Source: the human T2T-CHM13v2.0 reference genome, Homo sapiens. Taken from it: a stretch of DNA of 64,000 bases. The position numbers were made by a program, and so were the translations under genes. Below the pieces are notes generated by a model. The model searched no databases, was not told the origin of the DNA, and saw only the letters and a list, made by a program, of their open reading frames with translations. Shown here in pieces: positions 59,130 through 64,000 of this stretch. The stretch lies in NCBI RefSeq assembly GCF_009914755.1, contig NC_060944.1; one strand, written 5' to 3'. The number at the start of each line of letters is the position of its first letter. Positions within the stretch are counted from its first letter, which is position 1.

Positions 59130-60520
59130 GTCCCGAGTCTCCCAAACACGACCCCAACTTACAGTCTCTGCCCAGAGGCCGGCGGGTTAACCGCCCTGGG
59201 AAGCCTAGGTCTGTTTTCTCAGCGATGGTTGAGCTGGTCTTTATCCAGGGATTCCTGGGAAGGAAAATATAGGGACAGGTTTCAAATAAAAATGGGCTTC
59301 CACTACTCCGCCCCCCGCCCCCATCGGAGTCAGCTGGAATGCAGTTATTATGTTTCTGGAACAAGGGCAGCCCTTCGATTCTATCAGGACTGAGGAGGAG
59401 GAAGGGAAACAGAGTGACGCGGAGGCCACCCATTCTTTCTCCTCCCCAGAGGAAAAGGAGTTCGAGCTCCTTTTGAGATACCGGGTCGGAGAAGGTGCAG
59501 CTCGGGCTGGAGCAGGGTGGACGAGTGTTCGAAGAGGAGAAAGTGCAGGCTGGGGGAGCGAAACGAAAATCCTGAGGTCACTAAATGAGATAAAAGTGTC
59601 TCCAGGGCCGTGCCAGCACATCCTAGCCACCACTGGTGTCACCAGCATCCCGCCCCCCATTCTAGCCCCCTCTGTTGTCCCCCATTAAGACTGGTGGGCG
59701 TGGCTGCCTGGGTCCCGCTCCCACCGCAGCGGGGTCGCGCTCCCAGTCTTGACCCAAGGCCGTCTGCCTGTTCGCCCGGCCCTCCTCTGCGCGGTGCCCA
59801 GCGGGCTCATCCGGACGGGGCCGACCTTGGCACCTGCAGGAGAAACCCTGGACTCGCCAGTGTTACCGGAGACGGGAGAGCGATGGGGAGGGCGGGAGAG
59901 GAATACAGCTGACAGAGCCCATGGCGACTGGGGTGGGATAGGTCGGGTCCGGTGTGAACTGGCTGCCTAGGGTCGGTTCCCTGCGCTTTCTAGAATTTGT
60001 GGGGGAAAAGCAAGAATGACCGTCCCTCTGCCTCGTGCTCTTTTCGATCTCTCCCCCGACCCCCAGTGACATTTAGCAGGCATTTTCCTTTCGTGGCCTT
60101 CTCCACTAAGACCCTTGGAAGTCCTATGTCAGCGAAGTGAGCGTTGGGAGGGGACGAGAAGAACCCCCCGGAGGGCCAACCCGGGTTCCGCGTTTGGCGC
60201 ATCTCGGCAGCCGGAGCTCGCCAAACCGGGACAGCCCCACGGACCCGCGGGGACTGGGGGCTCGGCCGGCTGCTCTGACGACCTCGGCGCGCCCGATCGG
60301 CCCCGGCTGCCTGGCCCCGGGTACCCGGGCACACGCCGCCTTCCCGGAGCCCGAGCACCCGCTCCGGCTCTCGCAGCCTGAGCCCAAGGAAGGCTGCTCT
60401 GCAGGTCCCCGGGCCACTCGCGGGGAGCCCGAGCCAGCCCGCCAGCCAGCGGCTAGGGCCTCACCCAGGAATGAGGAAAGGGAGTGCTGCTTTATTTCGG
60501 AAGCAGGTCCGACTCTGTGA
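59130..60520. promoter_or_regulatory. CpG island
   Basis: GC-rich with dense CpG (e.g. 59700-59880, 60170-60460) and a GC-box-like 'ccgccccccgccccc'; flanks are CpG-depleted. Confidence 0.85.
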
Positions 60521-60524
60521 ACAC
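60465..60524 (-). other. Candidate 60-nt exon
   Basis: Acceptor 'cctccctctatctag|GTG', donor 'CTGG|gtgagg'; length divisible by 3; phase-0 reading VFTESDLLPK* with AATAAA overlapping the stop. Confidence 0.5.
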
Positions 60525-62888
60525 CTAGATAGAGGGAGGCATTTAATTTTTATATGCACATATATATATATTGCAACGTGATTTGTCCTAGGTAGAGTTA
60601 TTTGTGCCTCAACTTTGATACATTTCATGGTAGAATTAAAGGACAAGGTTCGTGCCTGGGGTGGGGGCGGAAGAGAATAGTGAAGGGGCAGTTTAGATGT
60701 TTTTTCTTTTCTAAATGATTCAATTTAAGCAAACACTTGGGGGCTCCAGGCCGCTGTAATTCCAAAGACAATTTTCTCTTGTTTTAATTTGATTTGCATT
60801 TTTTCAACGTTGATAATACTCAATTTCATGGCTGAATACACATGTAAACACGGTTAGGTCGTGTTTTTCGCCACTTGCACCAAACAGAATGTCGCTTGTC
60901 TCGGTGCCATGGGAGGTTACACGCCGCGTCCTCAAAATATCTGCAAGTTTCTCCTAAATTATTTTTCAAAACTTGGCCTGGAAATTTGTCTGAGCTTCAG
61001 AGGTGACGAACTAAAATATATCTAAACTGAATATATCTACTGAACTAGCCAAGGTGTGGGAAGACCTGCACAGACATTGCAAAAAGGAAGGCAGTAAAGG
61101 AAACAAATTCCTATTTGATATAGAATCAATCCTATTTTTACCCGGCATTATTTTTCTATATTGTATTAATAGTTTTAAACAATCCAAAAATAACAAAGAA
61201 ATTATCTTCTCCCAGAAATGTTTTTAATGTGGATTTCATTGCTAGAAAGACAAGCATTGAGAAATATATAGCTATACCTTTATAAGGAGAGGTTTAATTA
61301 CCACTATTGAGCTATTTTATCAAACATAAAAATTAGAAGAAAATGCAAGGTGAAATTGAGAAATAAGCGTTAGTCATATCAAAACTGATATTCAACAAAA
61401 TAGCACTGCCAATGACAATGAAAGTAGGATGGTGTGACCTGCCTGTGAGCAGCTACCACAAAACTGTAATGCAAGCATATCACACATTGTTTTGCCCTCA
61501 GGACACAAACTAGACAGACATTGTGCAAAGAAATGTTTGGCACCTAATAAATTTATTAAAACTCCAAATACATTTTATACTCCATTTACGAAACTGTGCT
61601 GGAAAAAGTGAGGACACACTTTTTTGGTTTGTCCAAGAATACCTTATGTAATAAAATGGCTGTCTAATTTCCAGAGCTACCCTTCATTTAGAAATATATA
61701 TTTATCTGCTTGCTATTGACTAATGTGGAATATTCAATACTGTGAGCAATATTTCTATCTCAAATCTTAAGAATTTACAAACTACAATGTTTGTTTTATT
61801 TTAAAAATCCTTAAAAATGAAAAGAATCCGTGAAAATTCTAAATCCTAAAAAATAAAATAGATCTGTGAGACTTCTTAAAATGCTTTATGCTCCAGGCTG
61901 GCTGATAATAGGTAACTGTATTTTAAATTGAGGTGATCTAATTTGAAAAATATCTTTTATCACGTGAAAGGCATTTAGGCAAACAAGAAAAAATTCCATT
62001 TGAAAGACAACAGACTTTGAAAGAGAAAGTCGCTTAATTTTTTTAAAAAACACACTCGTGGCAGGCCGACTGTCCAATGTCTGCAAGAAAACTGTTCTTC
62101 ACCATTTGGCTTTTAAAAAAAGAATTATTAAATTTTAAATTATAATTGTTAGGATTTGTACTAAGGTTTTCTATTGTTTTGGAAGACTGGCCATTATGCC
62201 TACTTTATTTTACACAAATAGATGGCAGAGTACGCGCGCTCCTCACAATTGCTTCACAGCAAACCCATTCTTAGAGATGGAGCTAATGAAGGGGGCTAAT
62301 TGTAACACACAGTCTATTCAGAGAATGCAAATGTTGGACAATAGAGTACATCTTTCCCTTTTTCTATTAGTAATTGAGGAGTAAATGGAGATCTTGTTAA
62401 GGATCTTAGAAGTTTGATCGTCACTGAGTGAGTTTGCCATTTTAATTTGCTTTCATCCCCAAAACAGATCTGTATTGAGACATGGCTACCTCAGCCAGAA
62501 GCAGAGCTGCTGCACCTCAGACAGAATCTGTCCTCCACCCTCAACTTCATTGAACTGGGTCTGAGCTGCAGCAGGAAACAGGGAGAAGGGCTGGGGTGGG
62601 GGAAGGGAGGCAAGGGAGGAATGGTCGGGAAAGTCTCTGGAAAGCATTCTAGACAGGTGGGGACTTCCAGATGTGGTATGGTTGGGGGCTTGGGAACTTG
62701 GGAGGGTGTGCACCTTGGGAGAGTCATGAGTCCTAGGAAGAAGTCACAGAACCCACCCCAACCCCTGCAAAACGTCCAGCAGCTGGGAGTGGGGAGGCGC
62801 TTAGCTAAGGGTGTCATACAGGGATAGTGATCTGCCTGTTCTTTCATGATGACCAAGAGCCCAGAGGCCTGAGCCTGAGGTAGGGAAG

Positions 62889-62890
<2 letters not shown>

Positions 62891-62928
<38 letters not shown>
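62891..62928. repeat. (GT)19 microsatellite
   Basis: Perfect gt run. Confidence 0.97.
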
Positions 62929-62929
<1 letters not shown>

Positions 62930-64000
62930 ATGTGGTGTGTGAGAGAGAGGAGGCAGGGAAGGAGGAGAGAGATTGTGGAATGCAAGGGAGAAATCATGCA
63001 GTTACTTTTAGTTGTTTACTGAGCAAGGGCAAAATCTAAACCGCGCTTGCCACAATCAATGAAAGGATCGCCTCAGCTTCCAGAGTTGAGCTCCCTAAAT
63101 GAGTCTGGCATTCTGATAACTGCAGGTGAGCACCTGAGATCAACTCCTTCCCACTGCTCGATGCTGGGAAGAGATAGGGATGCATTTGTTCCTGAGCTCT
63201 GGGAAGGGAGAGGCAAGAGGGGGATTTAATTGTCTGCCTGGGTGAATCGAAATGTCCTTTAAAGCACAGAAATCAAGAGAGATTGGCCTTTAATTGGTAA
63301 ACTTTGCTGATTGGGGGAGGTGGTAATTAAAATGGAAAGAGGACAAAATACAGATTGGCTACTGCTTCCCCCACTGTCTCGCCCCCATAAACAGCCCCCA
63401 AAATTGGTATTCTCCTCCCCTCTGGCCATCTTTACAAGGCTCAGCACACAATCTGATTGTGGGTAATTGTGTCATTCTTGTGTCCCAACCTTAGTCTAAC
63501 ACTCAGTTGTCCAGTTTGGAGTGAGAATACAATTTTATCTAGAACTCTGTTCACTTCCAAGAGTTGGCCATACACATGCCAACACGTGAGGAGCTGGCCT
63601 TAGAATCCAATTGTCTGCCTGTCTCTGAAATGCCGAAATGGAAGATGCTAAGTCTGCAGGGAATCTCACACCACTAAAAATGGACAGGCCAGGGAACTTA
63701 GCTTCCCGGATATTGAAAAGTAAAGGAGACCTCCAAGCCAAGCCTGAGCCCTGATTTGAGGAGGTCTAGTGCTCATTTCCACTCTGTGTCCCCGGAGCCT
63801 GGCACAAGCTTGGCAACTGTTCACATGCACACTCAGATGCACTCTGCTGGAGTGGTGCTCTTGTATGCGATGGGCCTACTGGGTCCTGGGCAGCATCCTC
63901 CCTCCCTGAGGGCTGCAGGTTGATGTGCCTAGGCCAGCATCCTATTCAGGGGCAAACCCCAGAGGCAGGTGTTTATGGAGATCTGCATTGGCATATATGT

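Noticed and set aside
59241-60520. Overlapping Pro/Arg/Gly-rich ORFs in the CpG island
   Set aside because: Expected from high GC content and few stop codons; no protein family recognised.
62490-62565. Possible extra 76-nt minus-strand exon
   Set aside because: Good acceptor but weak donor (GAG|gtagcc); not enough support to list as a feature.
51920-64000. Assigning a gene symbol to the minus-strand 3' end
   Set aside because: The exon peptides did not match the C-termini I recall for candidate developmental regulators; identification needs BLAT.

Overview
Primate, almost certainly human, genomic DNA (AluJ/S/Y, a full-length THE1 MaLR element, L1, L2, MIR, MER/Charlie). There is no bacterial-type system, CRISPR array or RNA gene, and nearly all ORF-track entries are repeat or chance artefacts. 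Bases 1 to ~46.9 kb are transposon-rich sequence with a few unique, motif-dense enhancer-like islands. From ~47 kb to the end the sequence is almost transposon-free. It contains a CpG island (~59.1-60.5 kb) and what looks like the 3' end of a minus-strand gene whose 5' part probably lies beyond the window. The predicted parts are micro-exons at 60524-60465 and 59013/58999-58959, then a terminal exon from 53419 with several nested 3' splice sites, an internal 5' splice site and a textbook poly(A) signal at 51945-51940. I could not identify the gene with confidence. Other oddities are two short templated inverted duplications (76 bp at 46.3/46.8 kb; 53 bp of LTR copied backwards into the THE1 interior), a ~200-bp GAA/TTC tract and a head-to-head Alu pair only ~25 bp apart. 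Repeat boundaries and subfamily calls are by eye and approximate.
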